Shown here one piece after another: positions 27,701-41,881 of a DNA stretch of 64,000 nucleotides. Below the pieces are notes generated by a model. The model saw only the letters and a program-made list of their open reading frames with translations. It did no database searches and was not told where the DNA came from. Each line of letters opens with the position of its first letter. Position 1 is the stretch's first letter. The stretch is from the NCBI GenBank assembly GCA_010909165.1, contig MU008184.1, positions 682,001-746,000 on the forward strand, given 5' to 3'. Source of the DNA: Anthoceros angustus (taxonomy: Eukaryota > Plantae > Anthocerotophyta). The translations under genes and the position numbers were made by a program.

Positions 27701-30700
27701 GCTCTTGAGTTGCTACCTGATGACGCCTGACCTGCAACTCCTGGCCCTTGAACACTCGCCTCATTTGTTGTACATTGGTCCCACCGACTTTTGCGCTTTC
27801 GCTTCTGAGGAACCCCTTGGCCATCTTGTATGCTGGCCTCTATCTCCGCTGTAGGCGTGTTGCAAGGACTTTGTGTCTTCCCTATGCCAGATAGCTTTTC
27901 AGAAAGAGAATTCTCACCAGGTGATCCACCTTTGACACCAGATGGGGGCCAAATCTGAGCTGTAGGCTTCTGTCCAGCAGTAAGTACAGATGAGTTCAAA
28001 GGTTGCTCGGATGTCGGCAGAGAACTGCAAGGAACTTGCCCTAGCATGTGATTGGGATTGACTATTTTGCCTCTCCCACCCGACAGATCAGCAGTCTGTA
28101 AATGCTTTGGAGGTGATCCATTCTCCTTCGGACAAGTATCTGGCAATTTCGGAGGAGGAAATTTTCTCCGAAAACTCATTGCCATTTCTTGCACCTGCCA
28201 GTTAGGAAAAGAAAGAGTGAGCCGGTTGAAAGAAACATACACCTGGAACAAAGAGTGCCAACCATTTAGCTGATCTAGTTTAGCACATCCCCATGCCCCT
28301 CTACCTTACCTTCTTATCACTGTGGCGACAGAGTTCAAACAATGACTTCGAGAAGCTGCAATGCCACAACCCATGCAGTTAGTTAACCATATTGCCACAG
28401 ACAGACATTTAGCTTCACATTGTGTCATTTGCTGAGTTACTTGCTGCTTAAAACAAATGTAGGATAGATTCAATTGAAATCCTTCACGGAACAAACCTTT
28501 CTACTGTGCCACCAAGAGGTCCAGGACGAGAAGTATACATCTGCTCGGGAGTCAGCACGCCAGTGGAGGCAAGCATCTCCAACACCTGGATGGGAGGATG
28601 TAGGTAAGGCAGGATGATATCAGTATTCAACAAACACGTCAGGACTAGAACCATATCAGAGATACAGCAGCCATGCAGATCACCTTCACAAGCTTGCGAA
28701 GGTGTGGTATTCTATTATGGTGTCTCCGAAATTGTTTTATAATATTGTGCAGCCACATGAAACCTGCATAACACCAGCAGCATCTGGTCAGCAGTACATC
28801 CTGAAGGCAGTCCACTATGCCAACATCACACAGAGCCGACCCTGTACTTGCAAAATACAGTACTACAGCTTAAGACTTATAGTCCTAAAACATCTGCAGT
28901 AACAAAGGGCACAGAATGAGGGAAAAAAATTTGACCTACCATTTTTAACCATTATCTCCCTCAACACAACAGGCCACTGTGTCTTGTGAAGCGCATCCAA
29001 TAGCAAAGACAAGTCCCTCAAGCCTCTGCTCAACATATTCAGCAATTACAGTTTTTAGAATACATACCCTAGAGGACAAGGAAAGAAAATCACACCTTGG
29101 CAGTTCATAGTATTGCACCTGTTATCCTCCTCCTGAGATACTGGCACTGATACAAGGAGCCTTAAATAGAGCTTTGCATTTTCCTGCAAAACAGTCACCA
29201 AATCAGGACACTTTCTTCACGCAACACTACAAAGCATCAGACTCTGCAGGATTTAAAGGAAAAATGGGGACACGCAAATAGTCCAACCACTGTTGAGGAC
29301 ATACCTTTTTCTTTCTGAGACCTCCTTGATTATCCAGCATGGCATTCAGCTTATCTTCAACTGCCAAGCAGCCAAGCCCATCAAAGAGAATCCAAGGGAG
29401 AACAAAACAAAATCCGACAGCCTCCAGATTGAGTGCAGTATAGTGCATTACAAACTCAAAGACACATGAAGTCAGCTTACTTTCACTGTGTTGTTTGCCA
29501 GAAGTATCTATTGTCAGCCCTCTCAGCTTCACTGGACCAGCCTTTGCTACAGGAGCAATAGTCTTTACCCGCTTCACAGGTAATGGGACCTTGGATTTGG
29601 CACTGCCCTTGTCACCTTCACTAGCAGCAGGTCGTTTCCTTTTAATGCCCGCCACAATCTTTTTTGACGTTGGTTCCAACACCACGCTTGGCCTAGCAGT
29701 GCTCTGTTCTTTGATGATATCTGCACTTGGTGGAAGTGCTAAAGGTATTGTGACATCTTCTGCATCTCCTTCAAGCATAATAGGCTCAAGGTCTTCATCA
29801 TCTGAGTCACTCTCCACCACCGCTCCAGGAGTATGTGGATCACCACCAATATAACCACCACATGATGGTGTCCCACATTCGCACTTCTTTGCAGCTGCAC
29901 CCCCAACTCGAACAAAGTTGTAATCAAAAGTTAACTCCTCGCCCTGTTACCAACATTCGCATGATTAGCTGGGTTTCCATCCCAATGGGAAGCAACACAT
30001 TAAGTGGTAACAACTGAAGTACCATGGCAACATCTTTGGTAGCGAAAAGACCGATGCACATCTCCCCATTTACCAACCACTGATTGCACATACAATGTCA
30101 TACTTCAGTCCTTGTGATTGATAAGATAGTTTCAATATATACAGGTGCAACTACGGACATGAAACACGTTGAAAAACAAATAGTCAATCAAGCAGATTGA
30201 CCAAGGACAAGAGACAGCGCCAGGTGAGAGACAAATACCTTTTCGGTCACACAGTTGGGATCACAGCTATGATTTATGAAACGTCCCAAATTCCCTTTTG
30301 AGCACGCATCAATCACCTGTACAGGAGACCAAAATCTAAACAACGAAGCCCAAGGCTCTTTTGACAATCTGTTGACATCAAACAGGCTGACTGAGCTACC
30401 ATAATACTTACCTCATTGCCATTCAGAGTCATAAAATAGAAATGCTTCTGCCCATGTCGGGCATAATCCTTCTGACGATCCTCAAATGCCTTATTGTCCA
30501 GGACCTAGACACACACAAACAAATGTTGACCATCAGCCCTTGGTGCACCCTTGTTAGTCACCACTGGTCCTGCTGGCATAGCCTCAGGAAAAGACATTCA
30601 GACAACAGCAAAGCCAGGAGAATTGAACACACCTCACCAACATATTCAATGACAAAAGATCCCTTGGAAATATTCTCAAGAGCTTGTAAACCAAAGCCCT

Positions 30701-33700
30701 TCTTTCCACATCTGAAGTGCCCAACTTTAGCATATAGCCTTTTTTGAAACTGTGAAACACCAGCATCACAACCAAGTAAATTCCCCAAAAAGGAGGGAGT
30801 TAAGAACAAACAAAAAAGATGTCCCCAAAAGGGGCAATAAAATAACCTACCTGCTGATTGGAACAAGCTTCACCACATGGACAGTAATCTGGAAGACACT
30901 CAACGAGCAGCATTCGATTCAGGCAATCTTCATCACAACCTGGCCCACCATCGGTGGGTGGCCTGCAATTACAGAGGACAATCTGCACAACCGACCCGTC
31001 ACAACCCTTAAAACCGAGTAGAGGAGTGCAAGTTGCCAGGCCCCTGGGACGGTCCAGACCAGGGAGTCATACCTCATCCGGATCTAGTTTTTTTCTTGCA
31101 CGATGACGATAGATGTTGCATGGAACCCGTGACCATACAGCTGGGCGGACTTCTGGAGGCACATATACAGATGGACAGGGCAGTTCATCAGTCCAAAGGA
31201 GAAAACAAAACCCCTCATATAATGGAGTGAACCGCCAAATACCACCAGGACAATATTTTTAGACTGACTAAGTCACAAAGCTTTAAGAGAGTATGAACCT
31301 TGTTGGCCCGAGTCATCCCCATCCTTGTCATTATCCTCTTCGCCAGCCGATTCGTCTGAAATGTCCAGTTCCGCATTGATCTCTGCATTTGATTTCTCTT
31401 GAGGTATAGAGCACTCTGCAAAGTTTGTATTTGGGTTCTCTTTACAGGTCCTGCAACATGTCAAAAAAAACGGAAGTTCATCTTCACAGGCATGAAACAA
31501 TCACGGGAAAACCAGAGGTCATCTTAAACACTTGTCTTGAAGAGGGAAGGATTCTTCTTACCAAGTTCGTCCGGTTGCCTCAATCTGCTCTATCAGATCT
31601 GCTGGAACGCACCTCCACTTTTGGCAAGCATCACAACATACCCACCCAGCTGTTGAAGCTCCAGCCCCTGTCACATCTTGTCCATTTTGGCTTGTCGAAC
31701 TGCTGTGGGTGTTTGGTTCACCCTCGGTGACTCCACTTGAAAAGTCTTCGAGGAGGGTCACATCTCCATCTTTGACTCCACCATTTGCTTGGGTTTCAAT
31801 TTTTACGGGATTAGGGATGTTAGACTGTGGGTCAGAAACCCTCCCACGTTCCCCGTGAGAGGACTCAGAGACTTGTTTGTCTTCTCGTCCTTCAAGTCGG
31901 ACTTCCTCTTTGCCATTAGTTCTTACCCACTCCATGGCTGTAGCCAAGGAAACCTCGGGCTCCACTGTGTCATCAGCTTTCACTATGCTGTCGAAATTAT
32001 TACGCGGCAAGGTAGCGTGCATAACTGAGGTGTGCTTCACTGATAATTGCATGCCCTCGCACCCATCCTTCGACTTGCTCTTCGACTTCTTGTGGTGCTT
32101 GCCAGAGGACTTTTTCGTGGCCTTCTTTGGACTGGCAGCTTTGGTTTTCCCAGCTGCGCTTGACCCTGTCTTTCTTCTCTTACCTGCTCTGTTATCTTCC
32201 CCTAAGGAGCCCCCTACTGCAGCAGTCTGTGCTGTATCCAACTTCCCTGAATCGAGATTGAAGAATTTACTTTCACGACAGATCGGAATGTCCAAAGCTG
32301 GTGGGTCTGAAACACTAGATCGCTTCCGCTTCCCTGAGTTCTCCACACTTGGGGTGCTCGTCTTGGTACCTCCATCCGCCTTTCTTCCCTGCTTCTTCTG
32401 TGTGTTTGGCAACTTCGATGGCCTTCCATTTCCAGCAGCTTGTCCACCAGCTGCCCCTCCTGACCCCTTCACAAGGTCAGAATTACTTCTCCTTGGCCTC
32501 AGAGTTCGTAAATCCCGCCCCAAGGATGACATCATCTCTGCGCTGTCACCAGGATCCTCAGTTGAGGTTTCAGCCTGACCCAAGTTTTTGTCACTTAAAC
32601 AGCCTTCTATCAGTTCTAAATTCGCACACACATCAGATCCATCAGCACCCCCCTTCTGCTTCTCCAGTCCTCCATTTTCTTCAACATGGTCGCCTGGGCC
32701 TTCCCACAGACCGTTATTATTCTTCGTCCTCGCGATTCTGACCTCACCAATGTCGTGGGCATCAGCGTGGGCAAAGCTATTGTCTACATGGCCACCAGAA
32801 ACCCCTGAAAGTTGGTTCGGAAAACTGCCCGAGGACTTGTCTAGAAATCCTGAGTCAAACCTGGCGAGCTCTGGTGCGTGATGGTCGTCAGAGACAAATT
32901 CTTGCCCACAGCTAGCCATGGTTTCTCTCGAAGAAACCACCTCTACTAGTTCAGACCCATCATAATCAACCTGCGGCGAGCCAATAGGTCGGGGCACACT
33001 GTCATCGAGTGGTGGGTAGACATTCGGCAGAAACGTGGAATCAGCACTCTGCAGCGGCTGAGAGGCTGCATCCATTTCCTGCCCTACAACCTTGCTCCTT
33101 TGCCGTGGGGTCCTTCGTTTCACTGCAGCAGACTGAAAGCCAGTACCGACACCATCACCACCAGCGGGTAGCTTCACAGGTTGGGCAGCCTTCTTTCCAC
33201 GACCCTTGGGAACGGACAATTTGCCGACCTGCTTGGCACCCTTCTTGGCCAGAGACTCCTGAGCCTTGGTGGTTTTGCGGGCAGCAGTGCGCCCAGCAGA
33301 TTTCTTCTTGCCCACGCAAGCAAGCCCGGGCCCGGGCCCGGGCCCGATGCCTTCATCCCGCAGAAACCCCTCCTCTTCATCCTCTGCAAAGCCTACAGTC
33401 TCCGCAGCTTCCCCATTGACAGGGCAATCCAGAGCAGTGCTCCATCCGAGACGACCACCCCTGCCAGCGCTTCGCTTCCCAGTCCTCTTCCCTGAAGGCT
33501 CTTTAGCGTCGGAGGTGCTGCCTCCCGCAGTCTCCAATTTATCGCCCTCGTCCGCCTTCTGAGAGAAATCCAGAATGACCACGGATTCCCCGCTGGCGTT
33601 CTTCTGAGGCACGTACCTGCCACCTGCGTTGCTACGAGTGAGGCGCCTAGGACCAGCGACATCCCCGGCAGCGAATCCGTGCAACGTCGAGAAGAGCCCC

Positions 33701-34692
33701 CCTGACGCATCGGCACCAGCAACGGCTGCTGACAACAAAGCATCAGCCTCCCTCCGCACCCGCGGTCCTTTCCTGATTTTTACTCTATCTACGCTACCCT
33801 GCCCCGAAGGTAACCGGGCCTGCGCTCCAGCTTCCATCCTCTCGTTCTCTATCCTATCCGCTGCTTCATAGCAGGCAGAAGCGGTCCCGGGCAATCGCGC
33901 ATCCGCGCGATCCACTTCCCCAGCCAAAGTATCCTCCCCGCTGCCCTCGTCCTGCGACCTGCTGGCAGTTGCTAAAATGGATTTCCCTCCTCCTCCGCCT
34001 CCTCCACTCCCAGAACTGCCCGGCGTAGCCAACCCAAGAACGCGGTCCCCAGCGTCGCGAGACGCACTACCGCCAGCCAGGCCCCGGATGGCCTCAAACC
34101 CTGCTGCTCCCGCAACATCCGCAGCAGCAGCAGCGGCAGGGAATTCCCTGCACAGCCTACTCACGGGAGACGCGTTCTTCCCGCACATGTCCACTAAAAC
34201 AGGATCGCTGCTGGGATCGAAGGCGTCCAGCAACGATCCACCCTCGTCCCGGATTTCATGATAAGAAGAAACTGCACGGGGCGGTCTTACATTCGAGGGC
34301 GGAGTCCTGGGGTGCGCTCGGAAACTAAAGGGCCCGGAGGCATAGCGGTCGAAGGCCGCTCCCGGAGCTGCGCCATTAGTGCCGGCACCGAAGTCCTCGG
34401 CGGCACTGGCATCATGCTCCGGCTCGGAGCCGACCTCCTCCCCGTCCTGCTCTCCGTCGAAGTCCCCGCTAGATCCCTCGCCGGGCTCTCCAAAACCCTG
34501 AAACTCCTGCTCCACCTCCTCCTCTTGATCATCGCCGCCGCTCTCCTCTCCGGACTCCAGCACCTTGAAGAGGGTGTCCACGCTGCTGGAGGTGTCGTCG
34601 TCCTTGGCGGTCCCCTGGTACGCGCCATCGTCGTCGGCATTGTCATCGGACTGGTCCCCGCGGTCGGGCCCGTCGTCCATGGGGTCATCCAT
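24752..34692 (-). CDS. ASHH2: Histone H3K36 methyltransferase ASHH2/SDG8/EFS (CW-AWS-SET-postSET-helical domain-disordered region-SRI-like), multi-exon
   Basis: CW finger [12 protein letters not shown]|[18 protein letters not shown]; [38 protein letters not shown]; [41 protein letters not shown]; post[16 protein letters not shown]; terminal exons 25167-25205, 24983-25075, 24752-24862 in frame with GT-AG. Confidence 0.95.
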
Positions 34693-36794
34693 CACCTCAG
34701 GCCCGCAGCACACAGCAGGCACGCATCACTCATATCTCCCCTCGCATGCACCAGCCAATTCCGCGGCGCGGCCAGCACACATGCCGACTACCTCCCGGAA
34801 CTGTCGTGCTGCGCCTGCGCCTGGTGCATCCCGCTTCTGCCAAGCTGCGCCGGAATATGGAACGTAAGCATGCCTGCAGCCAGTGGCGGAAGCAGGCGCA
34901 CCAGAGCCTGCCAGGATGCGTCGCGTAAGGAACCACCAGTCCGGCTGCTGAATCGTGGAAGCAGCCAAAGACAAGCAAACACAAACGCAAACGCAAACGC
35001 GAGGAGCTCGCACTATGCTATGTTCCTTTCTATCCTGTTGCTATGCTACTTTACATAGCTGCACATATTTAGGGCAGCCATACCGACTACCCAACATACA
35101 CACTGGGTACCGAGGTAGCTACCATTATTTTTTATCATATGGCTTTCCCTTCTCGTCTCAATACATGTAAAGGTAGGGTAGATAGGCAGAAACGAAAATC
35201 TTCTTTTTCGTGCCAAACCAGCTCATTATTTACAAGAAATGGGCTCATCCAATCCAGCTCACCCAATATGTACATAGAGAGCCCTCCGGGAGTCGTACTA
35301 AAAAAGAGTAATTAAAGTTCATAAATAAAGTCATTTATATGCTCCAAAAATAGTAGTAAAAAATAATAATTAAATTTTATCTCTAAAATCACCAATGATA
35401 TCACAACCAGGGAAATTGAATGGCCTATATACTACCAAGATTAGCCAATGTTGACCTGCATCACCTGCTATGGTCGTTGTTCTAAGGATTGCCTTGCAAG
35501 TGCTCATTGCAGGGTAGTGGAGCCCAAAAGAATGCCGTGAAATAGGAGAAAAGACAAATTCTCATGAGCTATGTGCATAATTTCCTTCGGTCGATGGAGG
35601 GTATTCTCCAAGAAATTTAGGCATATTTCCCTACTAGAATTGTCTGCTTATGTTATACTTTATGTTAAGATTTGGACCCCTAGATGTAACACTCATGTTG
35701 CAATTTTGAGCTTATGTAACACTTTTTGGGCTCCTTGTTACACTTTGGCTTGGAAACCAGACCAGAGCTTTTGTTGCAATCATGTTGCAAGGGTGTTGCA
35801 ATTATGTTGCAAAGGTGTTGCAATTATGTTGAGATGAAGTGAGAGGTGCTTTTGTCCTCTCTCAAGATTGCAACAAGATTGCAACATATAAAGTGTTATA
35901 AGAAAAGTCTTATAACACTTTTCTAGGCTTCGTACCGAACCTCCTCCCCATCTGCCATTGCCCTTTTACTTTTGCCCTATGGAATACAACGTTTTACACA
36001 GTAGTTACCACTAATACGCTCATCAATACCACCACACATAAATGCCCGTATCAATACGTCCTTCGTACTATACGTGTATCATTTACGGTGATATATACGG
36101 TACTGTATTTTTAATGATATATATTCATATTATATTTTGTATATAATAAGTATGTATGTCATATGGATTACGTATATATGTTAGTCTATACATATTCATT
36201 ATACGGTACTTCGTATTTACCATTTGTGCAAATCTTGACGCATCTTTATACCCCAAATTTCTAGCACACCAGCCTATTTTTCTCTATCTGGTGCCTCCTA
36301 AAAAGGCACACCTTGAATTTCATCGACTGCCTCCTCTTCTGCCTCCATGTTCTCCTCTGCGTCACCGCTAGTACGTGTCCCCCCCTAGTCATGAACTGTC
36401 GACTACCCTTGGCTCTTTTTTAACACACCGGAATGTTCCCCCCCTAATCCTCCCTCCTTTTCTCTCCCCCCAGACAACTACTTCATATCCGTTATGCTCC
36501 TTTCTGCCCCTGCCCCGACCATGGCTGCTGTTGGCTGCTCCACTCCTGTCCTCCCTTTGCCACCCGTCTCTTCCGCTCCCCCTGCATTGTTTTCACTGTC
36601 CACATTCAACACATATCTGTTACTTGCTGGTGACGGTACACTTGCCCCTCTCTATGCTATAGCATTTGATTCTGGCCCTCTAGACACATCCCTTCTACCG
36701 TGCACAAGCCTCGTCACTCCCTATTCACCCAAGACCCCACCCTGCTAGCATCGCCTTCTCTAACGTATATCACAGTCTGGTTACGCATCAAATA

Positions 36795-36983
36795 AAATTT
36801 TGAGATAGGAAATCATAGCATGGAATGGGTCTTGGCCTCACCTTGCAGCTGTACATGTACATGAGATCCCGTAATTCTACCATCGCCTTCCCTACTTCCC
36901 ATCATAGTCTTGTTACACATTAGCTGAAAATTTGAGGTAGGAAATCACAGCATGGAATGGGTCTTGGCCTCACCTTGCAACTG
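36795..36983. repeat. Two ~57-bp imperfect direct repeats (36795-36852, 36927-36983)
   Basis: ..GGAAATCA(T/C)AGCATGGAATGGGTCTTGGCCTCACCTTGCA.. twice. Confidence 0.85.
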
Positions 36984-37689
36984 ATGAAATATACCCTATT
37001 TAGGGCACTCTTCACTAGGGCACCTAAGACTATTAATTAATTTAGTTCTTAGGGCTTTAGGTAGTTTATTAAGTAGTTAGTTGTTACAACCACTTAGAGG
37101 TTAGAACTACTTATGGTTACAACCACCTTAACAGCGTCTGGGTAGAAAGAGGTTTCTCCGGTAATAGGGGGTTTAGGCAAAAAGTCCGTCTTTTCTTAGG
37201 CAAAAACGCCGGGGCGGGATGTTTTCCTGGTTTTCAGCATGTGCACTTGACTTGGAATAGAGTGATCTATTCCAGGGTGCCCGGTTCTGCATGTTTTGGC
37301 CCCACCGTACCTCCATTTAGGCAGTAAATGAGCCATTTAAGAAGGTGTAAATGAAATTAAATTTGTGTTTTGATAGGTTTTTCAGCATGTCTTCATGTCA
37401 TCCAGAACGTGGGGTTTGCTCGGCGGCTTGCATCCAGATATGAGTGCGCACAAGTGCGCGCACTCACGTTCCTCATGCACAGAATTATATATTGGGTCTG
37501 CTATCCAGAGAATGATTAACATATGAAATTATTGGACAGATGAAGTTTGCAAATCAACTGCAATGCAAAATCGCTATTATTCCAATATAGGTGATACTCA
37601 ATGGTGGTGTGAAGATCATCTCTTCCATCTACCATTAGGGATCGCAATTCTGGAGGACAAACATGGTCATTCGCTGCCCATTTTTCCTT

Positions 37690-40600
37690 CTAGTCGTCGG
37701 ACGCTGGTTGGGAGCTATCTTCAAACATGCCTTCAAAACCCCGTAGGTTAGGATCTCCAATACCTCGTCCGCGTGTCCGTCTAATTGGTCGAACTAATGC
37801 TTTGGCGGCATGGACTCGCGGATCATCCTCAACTCGAACATGGTCTTGGGTTTTAATATCATTGACCATGATTTGTGGTGGCGTTTCTCCTCGCCTCAAG
37901 GTGGTGGGTGAGCCCTTGTTATTCCGACTTCCGATTTGCATATGGTGGAGTTCAAATAGCTTGGTCTTTATGAGCTCTTGGGTTCTCACATAAAGCGTGC
38001 TCTCTCGCGTCGGGGCAAACCCATATGAAAGAATAAAGGTCTCCGCCACCACAAGGCAATCGAGATGCTTGGACGCTTTGGCCTTTGACGAGAGCATTCT
38101 TGTCCGCAGTTCGGTGGCAAAATCTCTTGGTATATAACGGCCTTCAAATGCATTCTTGTTCCGTAACCCACCATTGCACGACCAGTGCAGTTCGTCACGA
38201 AATCTAGGTTCTCCACCTCGCAACCCAAAAGGCTGTTTTGGTCATCCGCCTCACATGCAACGGCAATCATATGGCCCACCGGATCTCGATCACATCTCCG
38301 TCTAAGTGCACTTTCCCTTGCCCTTGCGCCTTGGGATATAATTACCAAGGTACATGCCTTGGCCCTCGTTCCTTGCTCTGGACCGAGAGAAGCGAACATC
38401 CGCACAAGGATGGTATCGCTATTCGCTCGCCTCTACCCGATTGTACCACCGCCATGGTATCTCTAGCTCATGGTCGGCGCCACGGAGATTTTTCGTGCAG
38501 ATCGGCTTGTGACTCCCAAAAGCCGTTCCACCATATCTTGTCGGCCTTTGGTAAGGTACTTGCATCGGCTCTTGAGTGCCTTCGATGCCATCCAATGATC
38601 TATGAGGGTTGGGATGCGGAGCTTTCCCATGTACTTGTAGTGCACAGGTGCCCACGGATGGGGTTTCGGGATGAGGCGAAGAAACTCAAGTCCCTCGTCG
38701 GGTTCCGTGAGGTGTGGTTGATAAATATTTGCCGCACTACAACCATTGCCCGCTGCGTTCTTCTCGTGATTTTAAATTGATGTTGATAACTATGGTTGTT
38801 CAAGCGTCCAAGCTGCAGCATCCGTGCCCCCTTTTACCCATCAAGGCCATACATACCTTGAAATCCGCAACAGGTAATCACTTTCACTTGGATTTGGGGT
38901 ATACGCTTGTTCAATAAGCGTCATCGAGAGTTAGTAGCGACATTGCCTTCTTATGTCTTAGACTTTTTGAAAAACAAGAGAACATTTGATCCACTAAATC
39001 ATGGGTGTGCCCGACAAGAAGGAATCCAACTTTAACCTTCTCGAATACCCGCTTCTTCACCAGCATACTCAGATATGCAAACAACAGCATATTCTTGTTC
39101 TCTCGCGCGGTGTTGTCCAATTGAAGGTAAAAGGTCTTTGGCAAGACACCGTCATAGTTGAGTATAATATCTTGAATAATATGTATCGTCAGGTTGGCAT
39201 CATTGCGGATGTTCGGATAGTTGACATACACCTTCGTCTTCATCACATTATTGTATACCAAACAACCAACAACATGAACACGAATTAACCCATCGGAAAT
39301 CTTTTGGAGGCCCCTGAAGTGCGGAGCTCGGTCTTGCTCTGGTCCATACCATCTATGGCAATTCAATATATCGGCTGGGTTGTCCGCACTTGCGATGCCC
39401 GCTAGCCCGATCGCTCTTGTTTTAAGCGAACTACGTCGACCGCGATTCGCTCTCAAAGCGTTACGCCAAAGGAACCATGAGATGTGAGATTATATTGCAT
39501 AGCGAGCATAAGTGCGCAGATTGGGGCTCCCACTTTCGCTGAGGCGCGCCTGGGCACTGCGCGCATGCGCCAGCGCATCGCAGCGCGCCTGCGCGCACTT
39601 CACGGCGCGCCGCTGGGCGCGCGCGCTGAGGCGCGCCTTGCGCGCCTCACTCGCACTCCCTGCATGCCGCAGCGCAAGTCGTGCACTCCCTTGCGCTCAA
39701 GTGCGCACTCCCTGCGCACACTTCAGCGAGTCCTTAAACTTGGACCTACCTTGATCTCGTCGATCTGTCGTAATCTGAATGGCCGTCTTGATAGTTTCAC
39801 ATTGTACACATTTGGAAAAGCGGCTGCACTTTGGGATCTTGACATTCGGGAAGTGCATCTTCCATAATGCGCAAAAATGAGAGTGAGATACGTTTGACAT
39901 CCCTGCCCGTGCCACCTCCCGTTTGTAGTCTTGGAAGATCTCCCTTCATTATAGAGTCGGTGAGGTTGAACACAGCGTTTGGCATGCGCTCTGCGGTTAT
40001 CTTAAAAATTGGTCCATCAAGCAATGCATTCTAGCACATGGTCTTGCTTTGGACGGGCTTGGACCTTCATTTCTGATGACCATGGTGTGTTCCGGAGAAC
40101 CCTGTTCGTCAGATTGTGATACCTTCTCCATCCAATGCAGAACACCTTGCGAAAACTTCGAACACAACATTGCATTCTGAGGTCTCCGGAGAGGTAGTTG
40201 ATCACCTTTGTTGTATCGGGATAGACTTGAACTACCTCAAGCAGACTTTCCAAATACAGTTCCTTTTGCTCTCGACCCATTCCCAAGAAGCGATACCTGA
40301 GGTTTTCTATATGTTTCCTTCCAACTTTCAGCAAACATCCTTTGCTACAACAATGCGACGACCATGCACTCGAACACCTCATAAAACTTCAACACAACAT
40401 TGCGTTCGAGGTCTCTCGGAGAGGTAGTTGATCACCTTTGTTGTATCCGGATAGACTTGAACTACCTCAAGCAGACTTTCCAAATACAGTTCCTTTTGCT
40501 CTCGACCCATTCCCAAGAAGCGATACCTGAGGTTTTCTATATGTTTCCTTCCAACTTTCAGCAAACATCCTTTGCTACAACAATGCGACGACCATGCACT

Positions 40601-40850
40601 CGAACTCGCCAAGAGAACACAACTTTGCGCCCGCTTCCACCGTCTGGGATATTGCCGGCGTTTTGAGGGCTGCACGAAAGTCTCAAACAAAGCTTTGGGA
40701 TTGAAGTTTGCTTGAAGTCCTCCAAAACCACCGTGATGTCGCAATCTTCGATGGAACAATGGAAACGTCTTCGTCATCGCATCGAGGAGAATAGCCGCGC
40801 CGTCGAGAGCATCTTCTTTGGCTGCGAGATCCACGTCCACAGCCACTTCC
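37690..40850 (-). mobile_element. Frameshifted DDD-type transposase (Sola-like / DUF7869-type) of a large DNA transposon
   Basis: HCCSKGCL..CCVRSFRKVFCI, SHFCALWKMHFPNVKIPKCSRFSKCVQC, IAIDGMDQSKT, FYLQLDNTARENKN, GFLLVGHTHDLVDQMFS (three candidate catalytic Asp); family assignment from motif recall. Confidence 0.8.
40152..40605. repeat. ~230-bp tandem duplication inside the transposase 5' region
   Basis: 40152-40375 repeated at 40383-40605; both ORFs read SSAWSSHCCSKGCLLKVGRKHIENLRY.. Confidence 0.9.
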
Positions 40851-41881
40851 TTGTTAGGGATCTGTCAAAAGATTAGGCCTTGGGAAAGAAGAACTTCGTC
40901 ATTCTCTAATGGAGTCGTATCCATGACCATTACCGTTTTGGAATAGAAGCATCGGTAATTTCCATAAGCGAACTGTCTTGGCGATATCTCGATGCCCAGT
41001 CTCCGGAGGCGATTTGAAACCGCCCCTGCAACTGTCCTCTACATTCTGCGTCGCCCGCAATCGAATGCCATGCCGCTTCCCCCCCGATTCTGCCATAGGT
41101 TTCGGAGGGCTCTGCATTGCAGTATGCTGGATCAAGGTATCCACATGGTGTGAGACGAGAATGTGAAAAAGGATAGTGGCCCCGTAATCCGAACGTTCAA
41201 ATTAGGGGACTTCATGGTTGGACATGATGACAGCCGCCACAAAATAAACTCTCATAGCGGCAACCGGCCGTGAAGTTTAGTAAACCCAAGTTGTAACCCT
41301 TGGTTAAAAACTCGAGTTCAAGCCTAGTTAATTAACCATGGTTCCATCTTAGCAGGGCATCTAAAAAGCAGGAAGAGCCCGTTTTAGGGTTTCCTCCACA
41401 TGTTTTAGGCGCGGTCGCGATTTGATCTTTCATCACCGTTTGCGGTCCGATTTGGATTGTCTGCGTATGCGTACTGCCAGCGATTGGAGGCCCGCATGAG
41501 GGACCGGGTTCGTGAAGGAGTAGCGGTCTGCAGGCGCCTCGAAATCTCGGTGAGGACTCGCCCAGGCCGTGCCCAAGGCGTGCTCACAGGCGCCCAAGGG
41601 CACCTTACAGGCCAGCCCGCAGGCGGCATGAGCTGCCAAGGCGCATGAGGGCGTGCCAAGGTTCGTGTTCATAATCGACGAAGAAAATGTTTTGGTGATT
41701 TGCAGTGCTTGAGGGCTCTCGCTTGAGAGGCGTGAACGTGTGTTCTCAGGGATTGCAGAATCATCACCGACCTTCTCGAGAATTGCAAAATAGCAGGTTG
41801 GTGCCCCTTCAATTGTCTTCTCTACTGACAGTTTGCTAACATGTGGCCGATTTTTATTCCTGCGTGTTTTTTATTCCAGAT

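Noticed and set aside
31877-35058. Long plus-strand ORFs (233 and 266 aa)
   Set aside because: Antisense shadows of the large ASHH2 exon.
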